A program made the position numbers and the translations under genes. From positions 640,001 to 704,000 of the forward strand of contig CAXXNO010000004.1 of the NCBI GenBank assembly GCA_963663235.2: a stretch of DNA of 64,000 bases, in the 5' to 3' direction. Below are positions 22,679 through 31,350 of the stretch, one piece after another. This DNA comes from Dehalococcoidia bacterium (lineage in GTDB: Bacteria; Chloroflexota; Dehalococcoidia; Bin125). Below the pieces are notes generated by a model, which was given only the letters and a program-made list of their open reading frames with translations, did not search any database and was not told the DNA's origin. The stretch's first letter is position 1. Each line of letters begins with the position of its first letter.

Positions 22679-22843
22679 ATGGCCGGCGAACCGTTCGACG
22701 ACCAAACCCGCAGCGAGCGCCGCGCCGACAAGCGACGCAACAAGCGCCGCGCCCTCCAGATGCACGGCGCTTCCCTCCGCCGCATCTACCCCAACGCCGT
22801 CCTCAAGCGCCTCCGCCGAGCCAAGCGCCCACGCTCCCGCTAG
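22679..22843 (+). CDS. Small basic 54-aa hypothetical protein, probably leaderless
   Basis: MAGEPFDDQTRSERRADKRRNKRRALQMHGASLRRIYPNAVLKRLRRAKRPRSR; TACACT 7 nt before ATG. Confidence 0.55.
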   Translation: MAGEPFDDQTRSERRADKRRNKRRALQMHGASLRRIYPNAVLKRLRRAKRPRSR

Positions 22844-23313
22844 TGCGTCCTAATCTCCGCCGACGACGTGATCCGGATCGCCTCCTTTACGCTCTCGTGC
22901 GCCGGGCACCCCCGCGCATGCACCTCCACCGCCCGCTGCGCCGCCTCCCGCGTCCCCGCGCTGATGTCGATGTGGTAGCTCACGTGGATCGCGGTGATCC
23001 GGATCGGCGCGCCCTTGCCCGCCGGCCCCTCGATCGTCCCCTCCACGTCGGCCGTGTAGGTGTCCGGGTCGAACTCAACGTCGCGTACTCGCAGCGCACG
23101 GGCGAGCGTCCCGTACATTCACCCCGCCACCGCCGCGACGATGTGGTCCAGCGTCGCCGCTACCGGCGGACCCTCGGGCGCACCGTAGTACTCGCGTAGC
23201 GCGCCCTGCACCCCGTACGGCACCGGCTCCGGCACGTCGCCCAGGTAGGCGTTGCGCACGCCGTCCTTGAGCACCAGCCGCGACTTGGACATGTAGGTGA
23301 ACGTGTCCGCCAT
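22840..23313 (-). CDS. OsmC/Ohr-fold peroxiredoxin-like protein with in-frame UGA (probable selenocysteine)
   Basis: ORFs 23119-23313 and 22840-23118 are in one frame, separated only by TGA at 23119-23121 in LDHIVAAVAG-U-MYGTL; second Cys in GCPAHESV; joined length 157 aa. Confidence 0.85.
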
Positions 23314-23315
23314 GA

Positions 23316-24380
23316 TCATGCTCCTCTCTCGCCCTGCTGAGCCCGCGCGTAGCTGGGGTCCTGCTGGCTCCGCTGCCCCCGTGTCCACTCCGGCGGGATG
23401 GGATACTCCCCGCTGATCGGGTCGACCCGGCTCCAGTCGTAGACGATCACCCGGTCCCCGATCCGCCACGCCTCCCCGTCCCGACGCTCCATCCGGTCCA
23501 GGTGCCGGCAGCCCACCACCTGCTCCGTCCGCCCGCTCGTCCGCGACGGCATCCGGTGATAGGCCACGCAGTACGCCTCGCTGTAGCCCACGTCGCCCTG
23601 CACTTCCACCAGCACCTGCCCGATGTAGTGCATCGTGCCCAGCATCGTGGGCAGTCCCCCGAACGCGTACTCGATGAAGCCGTCGCGGTCGCCTTGGTAC
23701 ATGCCGTGGTCGTCGGTCGCGTTGGCGTGGTAGCAGGACCGCGCCAGCTCTCTGTCCAGCCGGTCGACGGCGCGACAGTAGCGCTGCGCCACCTCAGCAA
23801 TCGCTTGCTTGTCCAGCGCCTCCTGCAGGCGGCCCTCCAGCGTGTCGGGTGGCGACCAGTCGGCGCGAAAGGCGGGCCGCTTGTACACGGCGTCCTGCCG
23901 GTCTCGCCGTCCCGTCACGTACTTCCCGTGGAAGTCCCACTGCCGCCCAACCGGCGCGATGGTGCTCCACTCCCACACCGTCCGCCGCTGCGCGATCTTC
24001 CACTCCCCCGCTCGGCGCTCCAGGCGGTCGATCCACCGCACCCCGGCCACGCCATCCTCGTCCTCGCCACTCTCGGTTACCGCCCGCTGGTACGCGGTCA
24101 CCTGCGCCTCGCTCTGCGCCCTGTCGCCGTCCAGGTCGATCAGCACGTTGGTGATGGTGTGCATGCCCAGGCTGGTCGGGGCCAGCGCCGCTTGCAGCCA
24201 GGGCACGAACCGCTCGACCGGCCCGTTGAACGCGCCGTGCTCCAGCTTCGCGCCGCCGTGGAAGCAGGACCGCGCCAGCTCCCAGTCGAAGCGATCCACG
24301 CCGCGGGCGAAGCGCGCGAGCACGTCGGTGATCGCTTGCTTGTCCAGCAGCGCCCGCGCCTGCCGCTCGTCGATCGGCAC
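23316..24380 (-). CDS. Protein with two SnoaL-like/NTF2 domains (paralog 2)
   Basis: Two copies of L.DKQAI..V..R(F/Y).R.VDR.D.EL.RSC(F/Y)H...H.(I)...R..DR.ERR. Confidence 0.88.
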   Translation of the reverse strand: MPIDERQARALLDKQAITDVLARFARGVDRFDWELARSCFHGGAKLEHGAFNGPVERFVPWLQAALAPTSLGMHTITNVLIDLDGDRAQSEAQVTAYQRAVTESGEDEDGVAGVRWIDRLERRAGEWKIAQRRTVWEWSTIAPVGRQWDFHGKYVTGRRDRQDAVYKRPAFRADWSPPDTLEGRLQEALDKQAIAEVAQRYCRAVDRLDRELARSCYHANATDDHGMYQGDRDGFIEYAFGGLPTMLGTMHYIGQVLVEVQGDVGYSEAYCVAYHRMPSRTSGRTEQVVGCRHLDRMERRDGEAWRIGDRVIVYDWSRVDPISGEYPIPPEWTRGQRSQQDPSYARAQQGERGA

Positions 24381-24404
24381 GCTGCCCCCCGTTTGGCCCT
24401 GCGC

Positions 24405-25466
24405 CTAACGGTCCGCGCCGGACCGTGCGTAGGCCAGGTCGTCCTTGTTGCGCTGTCCCCGCATCCACTCGGGGGACAGTTCCAGTTCCTGGCTGATCGG
24501 GTCGATCCGGCTCCACTCGTACGCCACCATCCGGTCCCCGAGCTTCCACTCCGCGCCGTCGCGACGCTCGAAGCGGTCCACGTACCGGCAGGCCACCAAC
24601 TGCTCGGTCTTTCCCGACTTCCGCGACGGCATCCGGTGGTAGGCCACGCAGTATGCCTCGCTGTAGGCTACGTCGCCCTGCACGTCCACCAACCGATTGC
24701 CGATGTAGTGCATGGTGCCCAACATCGTCGTCAGGCCGTCCCCGGCGTGCTGCACGAAGCCGTCTCGGTCGCCCTGGTAGGTGCCGTGGTCGTCGGTGGC
24801 GTCTGGGTGGTAGCAGGAGCGCACCAGCTCCATGTCGATCCGGTCCACGCCGCGGCAGTAACGCTGGACCACCTCGGCGATGGCTTTTTTGTCCAGCAGC
24901 TCCTGCAGCCGTCCCTCGATCGTGGTCGGGGGCGCCCAGTCCGATGCGAAGCGCGGCCGATCGTATACCGGGTCCTGCTTGTCCCGACGCCCCTTCCGGT
25001 AGTTCTCGTTGAAGTTCCACTGCCGCCCCACCGGCGTCGCGGTGCTCCACTCCCACACCACCCGCCGATGCCCGATCCGCCACGTCCCCTCCCGCCGCTC
25101 GAACCGGTCGATCCACCGCGCCCCCACCACAAAGTCCCGGTCCGGCTCCCCTTCGCCCTTGGGCGGCAGCCGGTGATAGGCGGTGACGTACGTCTCGCTC
25201 TGCGCCCTGTCGCCGTCCAGGTCGATCAGCGGGTTCGTGATGAGGTGCTGCGAGAGCGTCATCTTCCCTAGCTCCTCGCGCACCCAGGGGATGAACGCCT
25301 CGATCGGGCCGGTGAACACGCCGTGCTCGTCCATCGCCCCCTCGTGGAAGCAGGACCGCACCAGGTCCCAGTCGAAGCGATCGATCCCGCGCGCGTAGCG
25401 CGCGACCACCTCGTAGATCGCCTGCTTGTCCAGCAGCGCCTGCGCCCGCTCGGCGTCGATGCTCAT
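24405..25466 (-). CDS. Protein with two SnoaL-like/NTF2 domains (paralog 1)
   Basis: Same double-domain architecture as 23316-24380; GGAGG RBS. Confidence 0.88.
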   Translation of the reverse strand: MSIDAERAQALLDKQAIYEVVARYARGIDRFDWDLVRSCFHEGAMDEHGVFTGPIEAFIPWVREELGKMTLSQHLITNPLIDLDGDRAQSETYVTAYHRLPPKGEGEPDRDFVVGARWIDRFERREGTWRIGHRRVVWEWSTATPVGRQWNFNENYRKGRRDKQDPVYDRPRFASDWAPPTTIEGRLQELLDKKAIAEVVQRYCRGVDRIDMELVRSCYHPDATDDHGTYQGDRDGFVQHAGDGLTTMLGTMHYIGNRLVDVQGDVAYSEAYCVAYHRMPSRKSGKTEQLVACRYVDRFERRDGAEWKLGDRMVAYEWSRIDPISQELELSPEWMRGQRNKDDLAYARSGADR

Positions 25467-25553
25467 CGCGGTCCCTCCCGCCTCAACCTACCGTGGTCCC
25501 GCGCATTCTACCCGCTTCGGCGCGGCCACCGCCCGCCCCGCTACCATCCCTCC

Positions 25554-26546
25554 GTGCCGCCTCGACTCCTCCTCGCCCCGCTTCTCGCCTTGGCCTTCGC
25601 CGCCGCCTGCGCCGGCTCCGATTCCGCCTCCGGCCCGGCTGCCGCTCCGATCGACCCCGCGGCCGCCCGCGCCGCCCGCCTCGCCACGGTCGATTCCTGG
25701 CTCTACCAGCTCCAGGGCCCCGTCGACGGCGACGGCCTGCTCGACCTCGTCGCTCTGGACGCCCACGGCGCCGGCCTGCTCGTGGTGGACCACTCGCGCG
25801 ACGGTGGCGGCGCGGGCGCCTTCAGCCGGGAAGAGGTGGCGGCCGCGCAGGCCGACGGCACCATCGTCCTCGCCTACCTCAGCATCGGCGAGGCCGAGGC
25901 CGGCCGCTTCTACTGGGACGACGCCTGGGTCCGCGACGGCGCCCCCACCGACGCCGCCCCGCCCTGGCTCGCCGGCGCCAACCCGGACTTCCCCGACAAC
26001 TACTTGGTCGAGTTCTGGGACCCCGGCTGGCAGGAGATCATCCTCGGCCGGGACGCCTACCTCGACCGCATCCTTGCCGCGGGCTTCGACGGCGTGTACC
26101 TGGACCGGGTCGACGCCTGGGAGGACTGGTGGGACTTTAACAGCGGCCTGCCCCCGATCGAGGCCGAGGATATGGCCCTCTTCGTCGAGGCGATCGCCCG
26201 GACCGCCCGCGAGGCGTTCGGCCGGCCGGACTTCCTGATCTTCGTGCAGAACGCGCCCGACATCCTGGAGGCGGTGGATGCGGATTCATACCTGGCGGCG
26301 CTGGACGGCCTGGGCGTGGAGGACACCTTCTACTTCGGCGACGCCGATGAGGACAATCCCCTCGACGTCCAGGAACGGACCCTTGAGTACATCGGCCGCT
26401 TTCGCGAGGCTGGCAAGCTCATCCTCGCAGTCGACTATCTCCTCGATGCGGCCAAGCAGGCCGACTTCGTGGCCCGCGCCCGCGCCCAGGGCTTCCTGCC
26501 GTTCGTCGCGCCGCGCGCTCTGGACCGGGTCATCCCCCAGCCCTGA
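25554..26546 (+). CDS. MJ1477/TM1410 (GH114-like) glycoside hydrolase lipoprotein
   Basis: Lipobox-like AFAAAC, WLYQLQ, AYLSIGEAE..RFYW, GFDGVYLDRVD and FVQNA motifs. Confidence 0.85.
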   Translation: MPPRLLLAPLLALAFAAACAGSDSASGPAAAPIDPAAARAARLATVDSWLYQLQGPVDGDGLLDLVALDAHGAGLLVVDHSRDGGGAGAFSREEVAAAQADGTIVLAYLSIGEAEAGRFYWDDAWVRDGAPTDAAPPWLAGANPDFPDNYLVEFWDPGWQEIILGRDAYLDRILAAGFDGVYLDRVDAWEDWWDFNSGLPPIEAEDMALFVEAIARTAREAFGRPDFLIFVQNAPDILEAVDADSYLAALDGLGVEDTFYFGDADEDNPLDVQERTLEYIGRFREAGKLILAVDYLLDAAKQADFVARARAQGFLPFVAPRALDRVIPQP

Positions 26547-26759
26547 CCTGTCAGTCCTAGCGCCCCGCCACGCCGCTGCGACTGCACCGCTACACAACGC
26601 CTGTATCGCTGCTTGCACACCCGCTTGCGCCGCGTGCCTCCATGCGTCGATTCGCTTCGCTCGTTCGTTCCTTAAATAGAAGCAAGTTTCCAGCGCCTGA
26701 AATGGATTGCCCCCGCGCCGCTCGACCCGGCGGACCCGGGGAGCGAAAGGACCGCAGCG

Positions 26760-26972
26760 ATGCACCCCTACTTGGACGAGCAGATTCGAGTGATGACGGA
26801 CCACCTGGCGGACGAGGCGCGCCACGCCCCCCGTCGCTCGTTCGCGACCCGGCAGCCAGGACAGCGCGACGGGATGGCCCGCTCGCTGCGCGCGGGCGTG
26901 GCCGGTGCCTTCGTCGGCGCCGGGCTGCGGCTTCACCGCCCCGCCGCCACGGCCGCCGCCGGCTGCGACTAA
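26760..26972 (+). CDS. Small hypothetical protein (paralog A)
   Basis: GAAAGGACC RBS; C-terminal SLRAGVAGAFVGAGLRLHRPAA. Confidence 0.6.
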   Translation: MHPYLDEQIRVMTDHLADEARHAPRRSFATRQPGQRDGMARSLRAGVAGAFVGAGLRLHRPAATAAAGCD

Positions 26973-27001
26973 CTCTTCCCGTTCGCCCCACTCGCTCGCA
27001 G

Positions 27002-27033
27002 GTTCAGCGCTCGTCTTCTGAGAGGCGCTGAAC
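27002..27033. terminator. Hairpin between the two small paralogs
   Basis: GTTCAGCGC...GCGCTGAAC perfect 9-bp inverted repeat; no U-tract. Confidence 0.4.
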
Positions 27034-27201
27034 TCTGCGCGTGTATCGCCGCTGGCACTTCACCGTCCGTTAACGCGCACGCCGCAACCTTTCACGTGTC
27101 TCGACGTTACATTTAGTGAGAGGCCAAAGCCTGCGCAGGCCGGCCGGTCTGAGACGGATGCGATCAACGGCCGTCGAGCCGTGACAGAAAGGACCCGCTT
27201 C

Positions 27202-27411
27202 GTGAATATCTACTTCGAAAACCAGCTGCGAGCCGCCTCGGCCGAGCAGAATGAGCGCGCCCGCCGGGCGCAGCCTCGCTCCTTCGAGCACAGCGCGCAA
27301 CTGGAGCCGCTGCGCGCTCGCGTCGCCAGCGCTCTCGTCCGCGCCGGCTTCCGGCTCGACCGTCCCGCGGCCGAGACCGCGCTTCGCGGCGCGGCCGCGG
27401 TCGGCAACTAG
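27202..27411 (+). CDS. Small hypothetical protein (paralog B)
   Basis: GAAAGGACC RBS before GTG; C-terminal PLRARVASALVRAGFRLDRPAA. Confidence 0.6.
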   Translation: MNIYFENQLRAASAEQNERARRAQPRSFEHSAQLEPLRARVASALVRAGFRLDRPAAETALRGAAAVGN

Positions 27412-27435
27412 AGCCGCCTGTCCTTCCTGCTTCGG

Positions 27436-28020
27436 CTAGTCGCCGAGGCGGAAGGGCGGGTACTCCTCCACCAGCGAGACGTAGTAGGCCAGGACTCGGG
27501 CCACCCAAACCAGGTACCGCTCCTGGAACCGGATGATCTTTTCGGGCACAGGCTTGTTGATCAGCACGCTGACGAACGCCACGGCCGCCAGGGCCGCTGC
27601 CACGATGCCCACCAGCCCCAGAGCGATCGCGTGCGGGATCACCTTAATGAAGCGCAGCAGCGCCGACCCCACCGTCGGGCTGCCTGTGGTCCGGATCTCC
27701 AGCCGGCCGGGCCGTTGCTCCGACCACGATGGCACCTCATCCGTCCCGAGCAGCATGTATCCGCTGGCCCCCAGCAAGAAACTGAGCACCCGCTGGTATG
27801 TCCCCGCATAGCGGCTCAGGAACTCGTCGCCGCCCCGCCGAGCGATCAGCACCGCCGATACCACGGGCGAGAGGGCAATCACCGCCCCAAGCCCGAATTC
27901 CGTGATGACATACATGAGCACTCCCAGGCCGAGTCGCAGCGGGAGCCCCACGCGTCGAAACTGCTTTGAGCGCTCCAACGAGAACGTGACCGGATAGTCG
28001 CTCGCGGTGGCTTGGGCCAT
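27436..28020 (-). CDS. DUF4389-like membrane protein
   Basis: YPVTFSL, IPHAIAL and YYVSLVEEYPPFRL motifs; duplicated TM unit. Confidence 0.8.
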   Translation of the reverse strand: MAQATASDYPVTFSLERSKQFRRVGLPLRLGLGVLMYVITEFGLGAVIALSPVVSAVLIARRGGDEFLSRYAGTYQRVLSFLLGASGYMLLGTDEVPSWSEQRPGRLEIRTTGSPTVGSALLRFIKVIPHAIALGLVGIVAAALAAVAFVSVLINKPVPEKIIRFQERYLVWVARVLAYYVSLVEEYPPFRLGD

Positions 28021-28092
28021 TGCGCACTCCTCCCCGGGAAGGTCTTAGCCTCCCCCGGTCGCGGGAAATCTAGATCGCTTCGCTCCGCCGCG

Positions 28093-29577
28093 CTAGTCCG
28101 GGCCGCCGCTCTCCGCGGGCTGCCAGCGCAGGACCGGCTTGCGCGCGGCCCTCGCTTCGTCCAGCCGGCCGATCGGCGCCGTGTGCGGGGCGCCGCGCAC
28201 CGTCTCCGGGTCCTGCACCGCCTCCTGGGCGATGGCCACCAGCGCCGCGGCGTAGCGCTCCAGGTCCTCCCGGGCTTCCGTTTCCGTCGGCTCGATCATC
28301 AACGCTTCCTCCACGATCAGCGGGAAATAGACCGTGGGCGGGTGCACGCCGTGGTCGATCAGCCGCTTCGCGATGTCGTACGTGTGCACGTCGGACTCCC
28401 GCCGCTGCCGCGACCCCGAGAACACCACCTCGTGCAGCACGGGGCGGTCGTAGGGAAGATCGTAGTGGTCGCGCAGCAGCGCGCGCAGGTAGTTGGCGTT
28501 GAGGTCCGCGTTCTCCGAGACGGCCCGCAACCCTTCGATCCCCAACGAGCGGATGTAGGCGTAGGCCCGGATCAACACGCCGATGCTGCCGTGGAACTGC
28601 TGCAGCCGGCCGATGCTCTGTGCGGGTCGCGTGAGCCGGAGCTGTCCGTCGCCTGCCTCTTCCACCACTGGGGTGGGCAGGTAGGGCGCCAGCCCCTCTG
28701 TCGCGCACACGGGTCCCGCCCCCGGCCCTCCGCCCCCGTGCGGCGTGCTGAACGTCTTGTGCAGGTTCAGATGCACCACGTCGAAGCCCAGGTCGCCGTA
28801 GCGGATCCGCCCCAGGATGGCGTTGAGGTTGGCCCCGTCGCCGTAGAGGTAGGCGCCGGCTTCGTGCACGCGCTGGGCGCACTCTTCGATGCCCTGCTCC
28901 CACAGGCCCAGGGTGTTGGGCAGCGTGAGCATCAGCGCCGCGACCGATCCGTCCAGCTCACCCGCCAGCGCCGCCGCGTCCATGGAGCCGTCGCGCCCCG
29001 TGGGGATCTGGGTGACGCTGAACCCCGCCATCGCCGCCGTCGCCGGGTTCGTGCCGTGCGCGCTGTCGGGCACCAGCACCCGGCGACGCTCGCCCAGATC
29101 GCCGCGCTGCTCCAACGCTCGCTTGATCATCAGCACGCCGGCCAGCTCCCCTTGCGCGCCCGCCGCCGGCGCCAGGCTGACCGCGGCCAGTCCGGTGATG
29201 GCGCCCAGCGCTCCCTGCAGCTCCAGGAGGATGCGCAGCGTTCCGGCGGCGTCTTCCGGTGCCAGCGGGTGGGCATCGGCGAAGCCGGGCAGGCTGGCGA
29301 CGAGATCGTTGACCTTGGGGTTGTACTTCATGCTGCACGACCCCAACGGGTACGACCCCGTGTCGATGCCGAAGTTCCGCCGCGCCAGCGCGGTGTAGTA
29401 GCGCGCCAGCGCGCCCTGGCTCATCTCCGGCAGCCGCACCGACTCCCGCAGCAGCCGCGCTTCCGGCAGCGGCGTCTCCCTCCCCTCCCAGCGCGGCATA
29501 TCGACCGCTCGGCGGCCGGGCGCTCCCCGGTCGAAGGCCAGTCGCGCTCCGAAGTCCTCCCCCGGCGGTTCGATCAC
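28093..29577 (-). CDS. gcvPB: Glycine dehydrogenase (decarboxylating) subunit 2
   Basis: YPLGSCSMKYNP, SAHGTNPATA and PLP-lysine motif HLNLHKTFSTPHGGGGPG; GTGA overlap with gcvPA. Confidence 0.96.
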   Translation of the reverse strand: MIEPPGEDFGARLAFDRGAPGRRAVDMPRWEGRETPLPEARLLRESVRLPEMSQGALARYYTALARRNFGIDTGSYPLGSCSMKYNPKVNDLVASLPGFADAHPLAPEDAAGTLRILLELQGALGAITGLAAVSLAPAAGAQGELAGVLMIKRALEQRGDLGERRRVLVPDSAHGTNPATAAMAGFSVTQIPTGRDGSMDAAALAGELDGSVAALMLTLPNTLGLWEQGIEECAQRVHEAGAYLYGDGANLNAILGRIRYGDLGFDVVHLNLHKTFSTPHGGGGPGAGPVCATEGLAPYLPTPVVEEAGDGQLRLTRPAQSIGRLQQFHGSIGVLIRAYAYIRSLGIEGLRAVSENADLNANYLRALLRDHYDLPYDRPVLHEVVFSGSRQRRESDVHTYDIAKRLIDHGVHPPTVYFPLIVEEALMIEPTETEAREDLERYAAALVAIAQEAVQDPETVRGAPHTAPIGRLDEARAARKPVLRWQPAESGGPD

Positions 29578-30953
29578 CGCGACGCTCCGATCGTCCCCAG
29601 CGCCTCGACCAGCCCGTCGATGTGCTCGCGGGGGGTGGCTTCGGTGACGCAGAACAGGAGCGCGTCGCGCGCTTCCGGCTCGGGCCGCGCGGAGACGTCG
29701 AGCCCGCCTGTGATGCCGCGCTCCGCCAGGCTGCGGTGGAGGTCGGCCGCCGGCATCGGGCCGCGCACCAGGAACTCCTGGAACCACGGCCCGCGCTCCA
29801 TCACCCGGTAACCCGGCAGCGCCTCGATCCGCGCCGCCGCGTCGTGTGCCTTCTGGTAGCACAGCTCCGCCAGGTCGCGCAGCCCCTGCGGGCCCAGCGC
29901 TTGCAGGGTGATGGTGAACGCCAGCGCCAGCAGCGACTGCCCGGTGGAGAAGTTCGACGTCGCCCGCTCCCGCCGGATGAACTGCTCCCGCGCCTGCAGG
30001 GTCAGGACGTAGCCGGTGCGCGGGGCGCCTTCGCTTCCATCGGCGTGCCGCCGGCCGTGCAGCTCCTGGGTCCGTCCCACGATGCGTCCGGGCACCTGCC
30101 GCAGGAACGCCTGCCGGGCGGCGAAGAGCCCCAGCGACGGCCCGCCGAACCCCATCGGGCCCGCCAGGTCGCGCCCCTCGCCGGTGACGATGTCCGCTCC
30201 CGCGTCACCGGGAGCGCGCAGCAATCCCAACGACAGCGGCTCCGCCACCACGATGCACAGCGCGCCGGCGGCATGCGCGGCGGCGGCGATCGGCTCAAGG
30301 TCCCCGATCCCGCCCAGGTGGTCCGGTTGCTGCACTACCAGGGCGGCGTGCGCATCGCCCACCGCTTCCGCCGCCTTGATCGTGTCCACGCGGATCCCGG
30401 CCCCATACCCGTACGCCCGCACCACGTCGACCGTGTGCGGGTGCAGCGGTTCCAGAACTGCCACCGCGCTGCGCTTGCTGACTCGGGCGGCCAGCAGGCA
30501 CGCCTCGGCCGTGGCGCTGGCCGCGTCGTAGAGCCCGGTGTTGGAGACGTCCAGGCCCGTCAGCTCGCAGACGACTGATTGATACTCGAAGGCGCTTTGC
30601 AGCGTGCCCTGGCTGATCTCCGGCTGGTACGGCGTGTACGCGGTGACGAATTCCGACTGCGATGTCAGCGCCGCCGTGATCGTCGGCACGCCGCGCCGGT
30701 AGGCGCCGGCCCCCAGGAAGCAGGGGCGATCCGCGCCCGTTCGGTTGAGCGCGGCGCGACTCTCCAGCAGCCGAAGCAGCTCCATCTCCGCTAACCGCTG
30801 CGGCAGCTCGATCGCCGGGTCGCGCAGGGCCGCCGGCAGGTCCTGAAACAGCGCCGCCATGTCGGGTAGGCCGATGCGCGCCAGCATCCGCGCCCGGTCA
30901 TCGTCGGTGTTGGGGATGTACGGCGTCGGCGCGCGGCCTCCGGAGTCGGCCAC
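29574..30953 (-). CDS. gcvPA: Glycine dehydrogenase (decarboxylating) subunit 1
   Basis: FLGAGAY, EFVTAYTPYQPEISQGTLQ and LTLQAREQFIRRERATSN motifs. Confidence 0.96.
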   Translation of the reverse strand: MADSGGRAPTPYIPNTDDDRARMLARIGLPDMAALFQDLPAALRDPAIELPQRLAEMELLRLLESRAALNRTGADRPCFLGAGAYRRGVPTITAALTSQSEFVTAYTPYQPEISQGTLQSAFEYQSVVCELTGLDVSNTGLYDAASATAEACLLAARVSKRSAVAVLEPLHPHTVDVVRAYGYGAGIRVDTIKAAEAVGDAHAALVVQQPDHLGGIGDLEPIAAAAHAAGALCIVVAEPLSLGLLRAPGDAGADIVTGEGRDLAGPMGFGGPSLGLFAARQAFLRQVPGRIVGRTQELHGRRHADGSEGAPRTGYVLTLQAREQFIRRERATSNFSTGQSLLALAFTITLQALGPQGLRDLAELCYQKAHDAAARIEALPGYRVMERGPWFQEFLVRGPMPAADLHRSLAERGITGGLDVSARPEPEARDALLFCVTEATPREHIDGLVEALGTIGASR

Positions 30954-30955
30954 TG

Positions 30956-31339
30956 TTACTCGCCCGCGGTCTCGCTTCGATAGGCGGCGGCGTCCAGGAG
31001 ATCGCCCACTTCGCCGCTGTCCGCCAATCGCACCTTGATCAGCCACCCCGCATCATACGGCGACTGATTCACGATCTCCGGCGCCTCCGCGGCGGCGGCG
31101 TTTCGCTCGCTGATCTCGCCGCTCACGGGCGCGAACAGGTCCGAGACGGCCTTGACCGATTCGATGACGCCGAAGCTCTCGCCTCTGACGATGGTGCTGC
31201 CCGGCTCCGGCAGCTCCACATAGACGATGTCGCCCAGCTGGTCCTGCGCGTAGTCCGTAATGCCGATGGTCCCTTCATCCCCTTCGATCCGGATCCATTC
31301 GTGGTTGGACGTATAGAACAGTGTGTCGGGGATCTCCAT
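30956..31339 (-). CDS. gcvH: Glycine cleavage system H protein
   Basis: GITDYAQDQLGDIVYVELP and lipoyl-lysine motif IESVKAVSD. Confidence 0.97.
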   Translation of the reverse strand: MEIPDTLFYTSNHEWIRIEGDEGTIGITDYAQDQLGDIVYVELPEPGSTIVRGESFGVIESVKAVSDLFAPVSGEISERNAAAAEAPEIVNQSPYDAGWLIKVRLADSGEVGDLLDAAAYRSETAGE

Positions 31340-31350
31340 GGCGCGCTGTC

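Noticed and set aside
26570-26650. Degenerate 12-bp periodicity that translates as a Cys-rich peptide (ACIAACTPACAAC)
   Set aside because: No start or RBS in frame and the repeat is weak.
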